This document shows positions 7,080 through 14,899 of a stretch of 14,976 nt of DNA, piece by piece. Positions within the stretch are counted from its first letter, which is position 1. Each line of letters begins with the position of its first letter. This DNA is from Pseudomonadota bacterium (GTDB lineage Bacteria > Pseudomonadota > Alphaproteobacteria > Rhizobiales > Hyphomicrobiaceae): the NCBI GenBank assembly GCA_038522635.1, contig JBCBJZ010000093.1, forward strand, positions 1 through 14,976, given 5' to 3'. The notes under the pieces were generated by a model. That model made no database searches. It saw only the letters and a list, made by a program, of their open reading frames with translations, and had not been told where the DNA came from. A program made the translations under genes and the position numbers.

Positions 7080-8492
7080 TCAGCCCGTGCGGGTGGTGAT
7101 CTCAGCCAGCGCGTCCAAGTCGGGCGCGCCTTGGAGCGCTTTCAGTGTCCGCAACAGCGCCTGCGCATCCGGTGCCTTGAGGACGGGCCCGGCAAGCTCG
7201 ATGAACTTGGCATCGAGCGCGTCATCGCTAAGCGGCAGCGCCGGATCACCGATGCGCGCGGGCTGAAAGCGCTCAAACGTGCGCCCATCGCGCATGGTGA
7301 TGGTGCAGCGCGCCGCGCGTTGATGTGGAAAGGCGCGGTCAACTTCGGGATCGATCTCGACGCTGATGCGCGGCATCAGGGCCGCCACGCGTGGGTCAGC
7401 CAGGCGCTCATCGCTGAACGCGTCGAGGCGGATCGCACCGTGCACCAGACCGCTTGCGACCACGAACGGCAGGCTGAATTTCGCGGCCGCCGCGCTCGAG
7501 ACATCGGCAGCCCCCGTGACCTCGAACGTCGCCCGGTAGCCGCCGATCGCGATGTGCTCGATCGCATCGGGCGCGATGGCGTGCGCGGTCTGCAGCGCCA
7601 TGACACCGTCGAGTGCTGCAAAGATGTGCCCGCAGCACGCGTGATTCTTGATGGTGATGTGTTCGATGGCGAAGCGGCTCCACGGTTCCGCCAACAGCGT
7701 GTCCCAGGAGGTCTCGTGCCCCATGGCGGCGCCAAGGCCAACCGGCCCTTCAAACATGCACGGTGCGGCATCGATGCCAGCGGCGGCGTAGCCAGCAGCG
7801 ATGAGCCCAGCGTCGGCCGCGTGGCCCGCATGTAGCGGCTTGATCTGCGAACGCCCGCGGAACGCCTGTTGCAGGCCGCTCGCCAACGTCGCTGCCACGT
7901 TGAGAGCGCGCGCAAGATGCGCCTCATTCAGCCCGCGCAACACGCCAGCAGCCGTCGCCGCACCGAATGTGCCAACCGTGCCGGTGGTGTGCCAATAGCG
8001 GTAATGCGCCGGGCCGAGCGCTTCCCCGATCCGCGTCGAGACCTCGTAGCCCGCAATCACGGCGCGCAGGAAGCGCTCTCCCGATGACCGTTGCGTCTGC
8101 CCCTCGGCAAGGGCTGCGGCGATGGTGGGGCTGCCTGGATGGTAGATGGCCGGCGCGTAGATATCGTCAAGCTCGACCGTGTGGGATGCGGTGGCGTTGA
8201 TCAGGGCGGCAGTGCGCGCTGGCGCCTGCAAACCGCTTAACGTGCGCGCCTGGCCTGAACCCAACTCATCGGCCAGCGCGATTTCGAGCGCGCGTGCCGG
8301 CTCACCATCGGCGCCAGGCAGCGTCGCGGCAAACCAATCGATCACGCAGCGGCTTGCAGCGTGCATCACGCTGTCAGGCAGAGCGTCACCCATACAGCGC
8401 TGCGCAAGCCGACTCAGATATGTGGCCACCGTCGTATCAATCGGCCCTTCGTCATCGCCCATCGCGCTGCTCTTCCCGACCATCGTTTCCAT
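7080..8492 (-). CDS. MmgE/PrpD-family protein (2-methylcitrate dehydratase / cis-aconitate decarboxylase superfamily)
   Basis: About 470 aa, showing family-typical N- and C-terminal organisation. The ORF track extends it to a TTG at 8570, which I consider spurious. Candidate ATG starts are at 8492 (chosen), 8483 and 8462, so the start is uncertain by about 10 codons. Confidence 0.85.
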   Translation of the reverse strand: METMVGKSSAMGDDEGPIDTTVATYLSRLAQRCMGDALPDSVMHAASRCVIDWFAATLPGADGEPARALEIALADELGSGQARTLSGLQAPARTAALINATASHTVELDDIYAPAIYHPGSPTIAAALAEGQTQRSSGERFLRAVIAGYEVSTRIGEALGPAHYRYWHTTGTVGTFGAATAAGVLRGLNEAHLARALNVAATLASGLQQAFRGRSQIKPLHAGHAADAGLIAAGYAAAGIDAAPCMFEGPVGLGAAMGHETSWDTLLAEPWSRFAIEHITIKNHACCGHIFAALDGVMALQTAHAIAPDAIEHIAIGGYRATFEVTGAADVSSAAAAKFSLPFVVASGLVHGAIRLDAFSDERLADPRVAALMPRISVEIDPEVDRAFPHQRAARCTITMRDGRTFERFQPARIGDPALPLSDDALDAKFIELAGPVLKAPDAQALLRTLKALQGAPDLDALAEITTRTG

Positions 8493-8539
8493 CGCCCCAT
8501 CCTGATCGACGCAAAAGTCAACGTTCGGCGCGCCCATCT

Positions 8540-8588
8540 CCAGCCCCAAGCCCCGAGCCTCCAGCCCCAACTCTCAGCCACCAGCCCC
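8540..8588. repeat. Three phased copies of CCAGCCCC (8540, 8561, 8581; spacing 21 and 20 bp) in the 5' region of the prpD-like gene
   Basis: Exact 8-mers at about two-helical-turn spacing. Located upstream of the preferred ATG, inside the dubious TTG-initiated extension. Confidence 0.3.
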
Positions 8589-8777
8589 TGGCTCGCCCAC
8601 AGCATAACCTGTGCGCATTGATCGACGCGGGCAACCACGTTAACGCTCCCTCGAAGCCTCCAACACGCATGCCAGGCGCGCTCAAGCGTTCCAGGCTCGC
8701 GGCCGGGTTACGCCGGTCACCGACGACCTTGGCCCGCGCTCACACCCGCGCCACGCCGCAAGGGAAAGACCTCGCCG

Positions 8778-10865
8778 ATGCCTGAATTGTTGCTTGAACT
8801 CTTTTGCGAGGAGATCCCCGCGCGCATGCAGGCCAAGGCGACCGCTGATCTGCGGCGGCTGGTGCTTGCCGGCCTGGCCGATAGCGGGCTTGCGGTGGAA
8901 GGCGATGCCGAAGCGGCGGCACTCGCCTTTTCAACCCCGCGCCGTCTCACGTTAGTGATCCCAGACCTGCCAGCGGGCTCACCGCGTAAAGTGGATGAGC
9001 GTCGTGGCCCCCGCACCGATGCACCGGCAAAGGCGATCGAAGGCTTTTTGCGAAGCGCAGGCCTTAGCGATGTTGGAGAGGCGCAAACGGCCGAGGACGC
9101 GAAGGGGCGGGCCTACTACATCGCGCGGATCGAGAAGCCCGGCCGCGACACACCTGCCATTCTCGCCGACGTCATCCCCGATGTGATCACCAAGTTCCCT
9201 TGGCCCAAGTCGATGCGCTGGGGTGATGGCGATCTTACCTGGGTGCGTCCGCTGCAATCCATCTTGTGCCTGTTCGATGGCACCATCGTCACGTTCACGA
9301 TAGGCGGCATGACGAGCGGCAACACCACCGAGGGACACCGCTTTCTCGGCGAAGGGCGGTTTGCGGTCGCGTCGTTTGAAGACTACGGGCGCAAACTTCA
9401 AGCGCATCACGTGCTGCTGCCGGCAAGCGAGCGCAGCGGCAAAATCGAGGAGGAGGCTCGCTCGCTCGCCGATGCGGCCGGTCTCACGCTCGTTGATGAT
9501 CAAGCCTTGCTCAGCGAGAACGCTGGCATCACCGAGTGGCCGACCGTGCTGATGGGCAGCTTCGACGAAGCTTTTCTCGACGTCCCAGCCGAAGTGCTGA
9601 TGACGGCGATGAAGACGCACCAGAAGTATTTCTCGCTGCGCACACCGGCCGACGGCAAACTCGCCAACCGCTTTCTGCTCGTCACCAACCTCATCGCCAC
9701 CGACGGCGGGGCGTCCATCATCGCCGGCAACGAACGCGTGATCGCGGCACGCTTGAGCGATGCGGCATTTTTCTGGGCGCAGGACCTGAAGGTGCCGCTC
9801 GATGAGATGGCTTCCCGGTTGAACGCGATCACGTTCCACGAACGGCTCGGCAGCCAGCAAGCGCGGGTCGATCGCATCGCCGACCTCGCCCATGACATCG
9901 CCGGACGCGTCGATGCGGATGCCGATGATGCCCGGCGTGCAGCCCAACTCGCCAAGGCGGACCTGGTCTCAGGGATGGTCGGTGAGTTTCCCGAGTTGCA
10001 AGGCCTCATGGGCCGCTATTATGCGAGCGCGGCTGGCACCAAGCCCGAGATCGCGCGCGCCATCGAACTGCACTACAAGCCCAAGGGGCCGACCGACGCG
10101 GTGCCGCTCGAAGCCGAAGGCGATGCGGTGGCTGTTGCCGTCGCGCTGGCCGATAAACTCGACACGCTTGCCGGCTTCTGGGCGATCGATGAGAAACCGA
10201 CAGGATCGAAGGATCCGTTTGCACTGCGCCGGGCGGCACTGGGCGTGGTGCGGATTGTGTTGGAGAATGAGGTTCGGTTGCCAATCCGATCGACGGCGCA
10301 GCTCGGAAACTTCAAGGTTGGAGATGCTTTCGCGGATGTGAACGAGCTCGCAGCCTTCTTCGCCGACCGCCTCAAGGTCTACATGCGCGATGCGGGCGCG
10401 CGCCACGACCTGATCGATGCGATCTACGCGCTTGGCGGCCAAGATGATCTGGCGCTCGTGGTGCGGCGTGTCGAGGCGTTGGACGCCTTCCTGGCGACGC
10501 CCGATGGCGCCAATCTGCTTGCCGGGATCAAGCGCGCGGCGAACATCCTCACCATCGAAGAAACCAAGGACAAGCGCCGTTACGATCAGGGCGTGGACGC
10601 TGGGCTTCTGCGCGACGATGCGGAGCGCACGCTCGCCGATGCCATCGCCAAGGTGCGCGATGATACGGTGAAGGCGATCGACCTTGAGAACTTCAAGGGC
10701 GCCATGAACGCGCTCGCCGAATTGCGCGGTCCCGTGGATGCGTTCTTCGAAGCGGTGACCGTGAACGCGGATGACCCCGCCACCCGCGCCAACCGCCTGG
10801 CGATGCTCAGTGAGATCCGCGCGGCCACCGCCACGGTCGCCGACTTCTCAAAGGTGGCCGGCTGA
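8778..10865 (+). CDS. glyS: Glycine--tRNA ligase beta subunit
   Basis: 695 aa, collinear with E. coli GlyS. Matching blocks include LLELFCEEIPARMQ (LVEIGTEELPPKAL), PRRL, MRWGDGDLTWVRP, ISGNEKVIAARLSDAAFFW, DKLDTLAGFWAI and KDPFALRRAALGVVRI. Confidence 0.95.
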   Translation: MPELLLELFCEEIPARMQAKATADLRRLVLAGLADSGLAVEGDAEAAALAFSTPRRLTLVIPDLPAGSPRKVDERRGPRTDAPAKAIEGFLRSAGLSDVGEAQTAEDAKGRAYYIARIEKPGRDTPAILADVIPDVITKFPWPKSMRWGDGDLTWVRPLQSILCLFDGTIVTFTIGGMTSGNTTEGHRFLGEGRFAVASFEDYGRKLQAHHVLLPASERSGKIEEEARSLADAAGLTLVDDQALLSENAGITEWPTVLMGSFDEAFLDVPAEVLMTAMKTHQKYFSLRTPADGKLANRFLLVTNLIATDGGASIIAGNERVIAARLSDAAFFWAQDLKVPLDEMASRLNAITFHERLGSQQARVDRIADLAHDIAGRVDADADDARRAAQLAKADLVSGMVGEFPELQGLMGRYYASAAGTKPEIARAIELHYKPKGPTDAVPLEAEGDAVAVAVALADKLDTLAGFWAIDEKPTGSKDPFALRRAALGVVRIVLENEVRLPIRSTAQLGNFKVGDAFADVNELAAFFADRLKVYMRDAGARHDLIDAIYALGGQDDLALVVRRVEALDAFLATPDGANLLAGIKRAANILTIEETKDKRRYDQGVDAGLLRDDAERTLADAIAKVRDDTVKAIDLENFKGAMNALAELRGPVDAFFEAVTVNADDPATRANRLAMLSEIRAATATVADFSKVAG

Positions 10866-10875
10866 AGGCCTTAGA

Positions 10876-10918
10876 GTTCATCCGCTTCAGGTGGACTCAC
10901 CTGAGGCGAAAGATGAAC
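10876..10918. repeat. Structured intergenic repeat, family A, copy 1 (nested stems GTTCATC/GATGAAC, CGC/GCG, TCAGGTG/CACCTGA), 10 nt after the glyS stop
   Basis: Homologous to the two tandem copies at 14750-14845. The GGCGAAAGATGA core is conserved, and the outer stem shows a compensatory C-G to T-A change. Confidence 0.5.
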
Positions 10919-10938
10919 GGCAAAACAGAAGCGTATGT

Positions 10939-10970
10939 GTCGGTTCTGCTTCAAGCTGAAGCAAACCGAC
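10939..10970. repeat. Palindromic repeat, family B, copy 1 (GTCGGTTCTGCTTCA-AGC-TGAAGCAAACCGAC)
   Basis: A 14-bp stem with one bulged C and a 3-nt loop. Homologous to 11029-11060. Confidence 0.5.
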
Positions 10971-11028
10971 TCTAAGCAACGGGCGCCAAGTGCGAAGCAC
11001 TGGCTTGAACACGCACGCCTTACCTAAG

Positions 11029-11060
11029 GTCGGTTCCGCTTCAAGCTGAAGCGAACCGAT
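11029..11060. repeat. Palindromic repeat, family B, copy 2 (GTCGGTTCCGCTTCA-AGC-TGAAGCGAACCGAT), 7 nt downstream of the DsbA-like gene stop
   Basis: Same architecture as copy 1. It differs from copy 1 at one position in each stem arm, a compensatory substitution (T to C in the 5' arm, A to G in the 3' arm). Confidence 0.5.
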
Positions 11061-11066
11061 TCTAGC

Positions 11067-11690
11067 CTACCCCTTGGTGAGGCGACCGCTCAGCACCTGC
11101 AGCTTTTGCTCCACGAAGTCCAGGCGGTCCTGGCCCCAGAACCACTCCGCACCGTCTTCAAACACGTAGGCGGGCGCTCCGAAAACGCCGTGCGCCAAAG
11201 CTTCCGCGGTGTTCGCTGCGAACAGCGCAGCACCATCGTGCTCGCCGCGCGCGGCATGGAACGCGTCAAGATCGATGCCCGCTCGTTGCGCGGCCGCATC
11301 GATCACGCTTGTTTCCGCCAAGTCCTCCTCGCGCTCCCAGCAGGCACGCCCAACCTCAAGCGACAGGCCAAGCGCGTTCAAACCGGCGGCCTGCGCCGCG
11401 CAGATCGCTTCGCTCGCCGGCCGCGTGTTGGTGCCGAAATGCGCAGGCTCCAGCACGATCGGGATGTTCAGGAACGTGCGCCAGCGCTTCAGCTCCATCA
11501 TGCGGTAAGCCTTGCGCTCGTCCGACCGCTTGGGCAGCGGCAGCCCGCCGGTCTTGGAGAACACTTCGCCAAAATCAGCGGGCTTCACCTTGACGGTTGC
11601 TCCGTACTGGGCCGCCAGTTGCTTGAAGGCCGCTGCGCCCAGATAGGTCCAGGGTGAGTTGGGCGTAATGTAGTAGTCGATCGGTATCAT
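11067..11690 (-). CDS. DsbA-like thioredoxin-fold protein of the 2-hydroxychromene-2-carboxylate isomerase / kappa-class GST family
   Basis: 207 aa. The N-terminus IPIDYYITPNSPWTYLG matches the HCCA-isomerase pattern (IDFYFDF.SPYSYL). The ATG at 11690 shares its A with the TGA of the upstream dehalogenase (TGATG, 1-nt overlap). The ORF track's extra TTG codon is ignored. Confidence 0.7.
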   Translation of the reverse strand: MIPIDYYITPNSPWTYLGAAAFKQLAAQYGATVKVKPADFGEVFSKTGGLPLPKRSDERKAYRMMELKRWRTFLNIPIVLEPAHFGTNTRPASEAICAAQAAGLNALGLSLEVGRACWEREEDLAETSVIDAAAQRAGIDLDAFHAARGEHDGAALFAANTAEALAHGVFGAPAYVFEDGAEWFWGQDRLDFVEQKLQVLSGRLTKG

Positions 11691-12361
11691 CAAACGAGCT
11701 CCAGCAGCGGGCGAAGGTTATCGAGGGTGTGATCGGGGGCGAGGTCAGGATATTCCGCCGGTTGACCCGCGCGGTTGATCCAGCAGACCCCGAAGCCATA
11801 GGCCTTGGCCGCCGCCGCATCCCACCGGTTCGACGATTGGAACGAGACGCTGGCGCGCTCGCAGCCAAAGCGGTCGACCACGAGGTCATAGACCTTGAAG
11901 TTCGGTTTGAAGACGCCCGCATCCACCACCGACAAGCTGGCATCAAGCACATCGCCCAAGCCGGCTGAACCGATCGCCGCTTCGAGCATGTCCGGGTCGC
12001 CATTTGACAGGATCGCTGTGGTGCAGCCGGCACCTTTGAGGCCGCCCAGCACTTCGCGCACCTCGGGGTAAGCGCCGAGCGTCATATAGGCGTCGAGCAG
12101 TTTGTTGCGCAGGCTGTCATCGCCAAGCCCGCCGACGCTTGCGATGGCGAAATCGAGGCTGCGCTCGGTCAGCTCCCAGAAGGATTTGCGCTGACCGATT
12201 TGCGCGTAGATCCAGGTGTACTCCAGGTGCTTTGCGCGCCAGGTCTGCGACAGGCGTTCCCAGGTCGGGCCGATGTCGTCGGTGTAGCGGGCGGCGGCGG
12301 AATGGACGTCGAACAAGGTTCCGTAGGCATCGAAGACGAAGTGGCGGGGGGCAGGGGCCAT
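11690..12361 (-). CDS. (S)-2-haloacid dehalogenase, HAD subfamily II
   Basis: 223 aa. Matching blocks FVFDAYGTLFDV, WRAKHLEYTW, AILSNGDPDML, VFKP and SSNRWDAAAAKAYGF are collinear with L-2-haloacid dehalogenases such as DhlB and L-DEX. Confidence 0.85.
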   Translation of the reverse strand: MAPAPRHFVFDAYGTLFDVHSAAARYTDDIGPTWERLSQTWRAKHLEYTWIYAQIGQRKSFWELTERSLDFAIASVGGLGDDSLRNKLLDAYMTLGAYPEVREVLGGLKGAGCTTAILSNGDPDMLEAAIGSAGLGDVLDASLSVVDAGVFKPNFKVYDLVVDRFGCERASVSFQSSNRWDAAAAKAYGFGVCWINRAGQPAEYPDLAPDHTLDNLRPLLELV

Positions 12362-12390
12362 GGCGAAGGGCTTTCGATGGTGCGTCGTTC

Positions 12391-12462
12391 AGGGCGCGCG
12401 GTTGTTGAGGGCGTTCGAGGTCGCGGATGAGGGGGCGGCGCAAGACGGGGAGGGCGCGCGGT
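12391..12462. promoter_or_regulatory. Two exact copies of AGGGCGCGCGGT, 60 bp apart, in the 121-bp spacer immediately upstream of the dehalogenase start
   Basis: 12-mers at 12391-12402 and 12451-12462, each containing a GCGCGC palindrome. They sit between the mmsB-like stop (12483) and the dehalogenase ATG (12361). Confidence 0.3.
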
Positions 12463-12482
12463 ATTGCCATGCGCCCGTTGCT

Positions 12483-13373
12483 CTAGCGCTTCGCCTGCCC
12501 TCGGATGAAGTTGATGATGCCAGAAAAGTCGCTCTGTGAACCACCACTGCTAGCAAACAACCGGTAAAGCTGCGCGGCCTGAGCGCCGAGCGGCGTGGTC
12601 GCCTGCGCGTTTTGCGCCGCCTCCTGCGCCAGCGTCAGATCCTTGACCATCAGTTCAGCGGCAAAGCCCGGCTGGTAGTCGCGGTTGGCCGGGCTGGTCG
12701 GCACGGGGCCTGGCACCGGGCAATAGGTCGTCAGCGACCAACATTGGCCCGATGACGTTGACGCCACATCGTACAGCGCCTCGTGCGAGAGGCCGAGTTT
12801 CTCACCAAGAGAAAACGCTTCGGCGACGCCGATCATGGAGATACCGAGGATCATATTGTTGCAGATCTTTGCCGCTTGCCCAGCACCTCCATCGCCGCAA
12901 TGGACGGTCTTGCCGGCCATCGGCGCGAAGATCGCTTCGGCGTCAGCGAAGGTTGCCGCTTCGCCACCGACCATGAAGGTGAGCGTGCCAGCTTCAGCAC
13001 CGCCAACCCCGCCGGAAACGGGCGCGTCGAGCGCGCGCATGCCGGCCTTGGTCGCGATCTCGTGCGCGCTGCGGGCTGAGGCTACATCGATGGTCGAACA
13101 ATCGATGAAGAGTGTGCCGGGCCGCGCGGCCTCCATCACGCCCGCCCCGTAAACGGCGAGCGTATCTTTGCCAGCCGGCAGCATCGTGATCACCACATCG
13201 GCATCCGCGACCGCCTCATGCGCTGCCCCGCCGTCACTGACGCCGCGCGCCTTGGCCGCGTCAACGTTGGCAGCGGCAAGGTCGCAGCCGCGCACGGTGT
13301 GCCCGGCGCTGACGAGATTGCCGGCCATCGGCCCACCCATGTTGCCTAGGCCGATGAAAGCGATCGTCGCCAT
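12483..13373 (-). CDS. 3-hydroxyisobutyrate dehydrogenase-family NAD(P)-dependent oxidoreductase (MmsB/HIBADH-like)
   Basis: 297 aa counted from the internal ATG at 13373, which is preceded by a GGAGG SD. The ORF track begins 20 codons earlier, with no SD. N-terminal IAFIGLGNMGGPMAGNL, plus DAPVSGGVGGAEAGTLTFMVGG. Confidence 0.85.
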   Translation of the reverse strand: MATIAFIGLGNMGGPMAGNLVSAGHTVRGCDLAAANVDAAKARGVSDGGAAHEAVADADVVITMLPAGKDTLAVYGAGVMEAARPGTLFIDCSTIDVASARSAHEIATKAGMRALDAPVSGGVGGAEAGTLTFMVGGEAATFADAEAIFAPMAGKTVHCGDGGAGQAAKICNNMILGISMIGVAEAFSLGEKLGLSHEALYDVASTSSGQCWSLTTYCPVPGPVPTSPANRDYQPGFAAELMVKDLTLAQEAAQNAQATTPLGAQAAQLYRLFASSGGSQSDFSGIINFIRGQAKR

Positions 13374-13688
13374 GGTTTCCTCCGACGTGGTGGGGTGTTC
13401 GGCGGTGCATCCGCCGTAATGTAAGTGGGTCAAGAGGTATCACGTCTCGGCGCCTTTGACGCCCGCACGCGAGCCTAAAGCTTGGCCCGAGCCTCGCACC
13501 TCTGCAGGTCAGTGGCTTTGCTGGACGCGCACCCCGTCGATGCCTTGATGATAACTGTAACGCTCGCAGGCCGGGCCTCGCAAGCGCCCGTTGCCTCAAC
13601 GTCCGCCTCGCGATCTTGACGCCCGGGCCGTTCCGTTCAAGGCTGACGGTTCAACGAAAACCACCACACATGTGAGGGAGAAGCCGCC

Positions 13689-14747
13689 ATGCCGCGTCCG
13701 CTGGGTATGCCCGATCAGCTTGAGCTGCCTGCCGCCTGGTACGGCGCTGACCTGCAATCCGAAGAAGGCCGTTGGGTGCGCCATCTCTCAGCGGGCGAAG
13801 TTGCCGAGATCGAGCAGGCAGCGGCCGCCTTCATCGCTGCCGACCACCCGATCGACGCGGTCGCGCCTGGCACCTTTGTGCTGCCGAGCCTCAAGGCCGA
13901 ACTGAGCGATCTGCGCGAAACGCTGCAGCACGGCCGCGGCTTCGGCCTGATCCGCGGCTTGCCCGTTGCGCGCTACGACATGCTGACGGCTGCCACGATC
14001 TTTTGCGGGATCGGCGCGCATTTGGGGTCAGCGCGCTCACAAAACGCGAAGGGCCATATCCTCGGCCACGTGAAGGACGTCGGCGCCGACGTCAACGATC
14101 CAACCGTGCGCATCTACCAAACCGCGGAAAGGCAAAGCTTCCATACCGACAGCAGCGATGTGGTTGGTTTGTTGTGCCTCAAAGAAGCGATGGAAGGCGG
14201 CGATAGCCTGCTGGTCTCCACACTCACGCTTTACAACGAGATGATGAAGCGCGATCCCGCCCTTGCCGGTGTGCTGTTCGATCCGATCGCTACGGACCGG
14301 CGCGGTGAGGTCCCGGCCGGGGAAAAACCCTATTTCGAGATACCGGTGCTGAACTGGCATGGAGGGAAGCTGACCGGGCTTTACCAGCGCACCTATATCG
14401 AGTCGGCGGCGCGCTTCGATGACGCCCCCGCCCTGACCGCGCAGCAGTTAGCAGCGCTCGACTTGTTCGATGACCTCGCCAACGATCCCGCGATCCACCT
14501 GAAGATGCGTCTCAAGCCCGGCGATATGCAGTTCGTTTACAACCACACCATGCTGCACGACCGCACCGGCTTCCGCGATTGGCCGAAGCTTGAAGAGCGC
14601 CGGCATTTGCTTCGGTTGTGGTTGGCATTACCGGGCGATCGACCGCTGCCGGAGATCTTCAAACAACGTTACGGCTCGATCGAGGTCGGAGACCGCGGCG
14701 GGATCATCACGTCCGAGACCCGCCTGCACGTGGCGCTTGAGCCCTAA
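13689..14747 (+). CDS. TauD/TfdA-family Fe(II)/2-oxoglutarate-dependent dioxygenase
   Basis: 352 aa. HTDSSD (HxD iron motif) and a distal NHTMLHDR block with the second His are present. SD GAGGGAG precedes the ATG. Confidence 0.7.
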   Translation: MPRPLGMPDQLELPAAWYGADLQSEEGRWVRHLSAGEVAEIEQAAAAFIAADHPIDAVAPGTFVLPSLKAELSDLRETLQHGRGFGLIRGLPVARYDMLTAATIFCGIGAHLGSARSQNAKGHILGHVKDVGADVNDPTVRIYQTAERQSFHTDSSDVVGLLCLKEAMEGGDSLLVSTLTLYNEMMKRDPALAGVLFDPIATDRRGEVPAGEKPYFEIPVLNWHGGKLTGLYQRTYIESAARFDDAPALTAQQLAALDLFDDLANDPAIHLKMRLKPGDMQFVYNHTMLHDRTGFRDWPKLEERRHLLRLWLALPGDRPLPEIFKQRYGSIEVGDRGGIITSETRLHVALEP

Positions 14748-14749
14748 AA

Positions 14750-14845
14750 GCTCATCCGCCGGAGGTGGAACACCGAAGGCGAAAGATGAGCGTCAAAGAG
14801 AAAGCTCATCCGCCGTAGGTGGAACACCGAAGGCGAAAGATGAGC
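14750..14845. repeat. Family A structured repeat, two tandem copies (14750-14791 and 14804-14845, period 54 bp), 2 nt after the tauD-like stop
   Basis: The copies differ by one base (ccgGagg versus ccgTagg). Nested stems GCTCATC/GATGAGC, CGCC/GGCG and GGTG/CACC. Located between convergent genes. Confidence 0.5.
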
Positions 14846-14899
14846 GTCCTAGAGCCAGATCAACCGCCGCGGCAGCTGGATTTTGCGCTTCAACCAACG

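Noticed and set aside
8493-8570. TTG-initiated 26-codon N-terminal extension of the PrpD-family ORF
   Set aside because: It has a non-ATG start with no SD. Its Gly/Leu-rich peptide is produced by the CCAGCCCC DNA repeats. The homology-defined N-terminus begins downstream near 8492-8462.
8571-8777. Leader-based regulation upstream of glyS (T-box or attenuator)
   Set aside because: I found no specifier or antiterminator-like conserved structure, and T-boxes are not expected in proteobacteria. The region just looks like a plain divergent promoter spacer.
14750-14845. Possible CRISPR array
   Set aside because: There are only two near-identical 42-nt copies, with an 12-nt non-unique spacer. There is no leader, there are no cas genes, and a homologous single copy occurs elsewhere in the window. 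This fits a REP-like element, not CRISPR.
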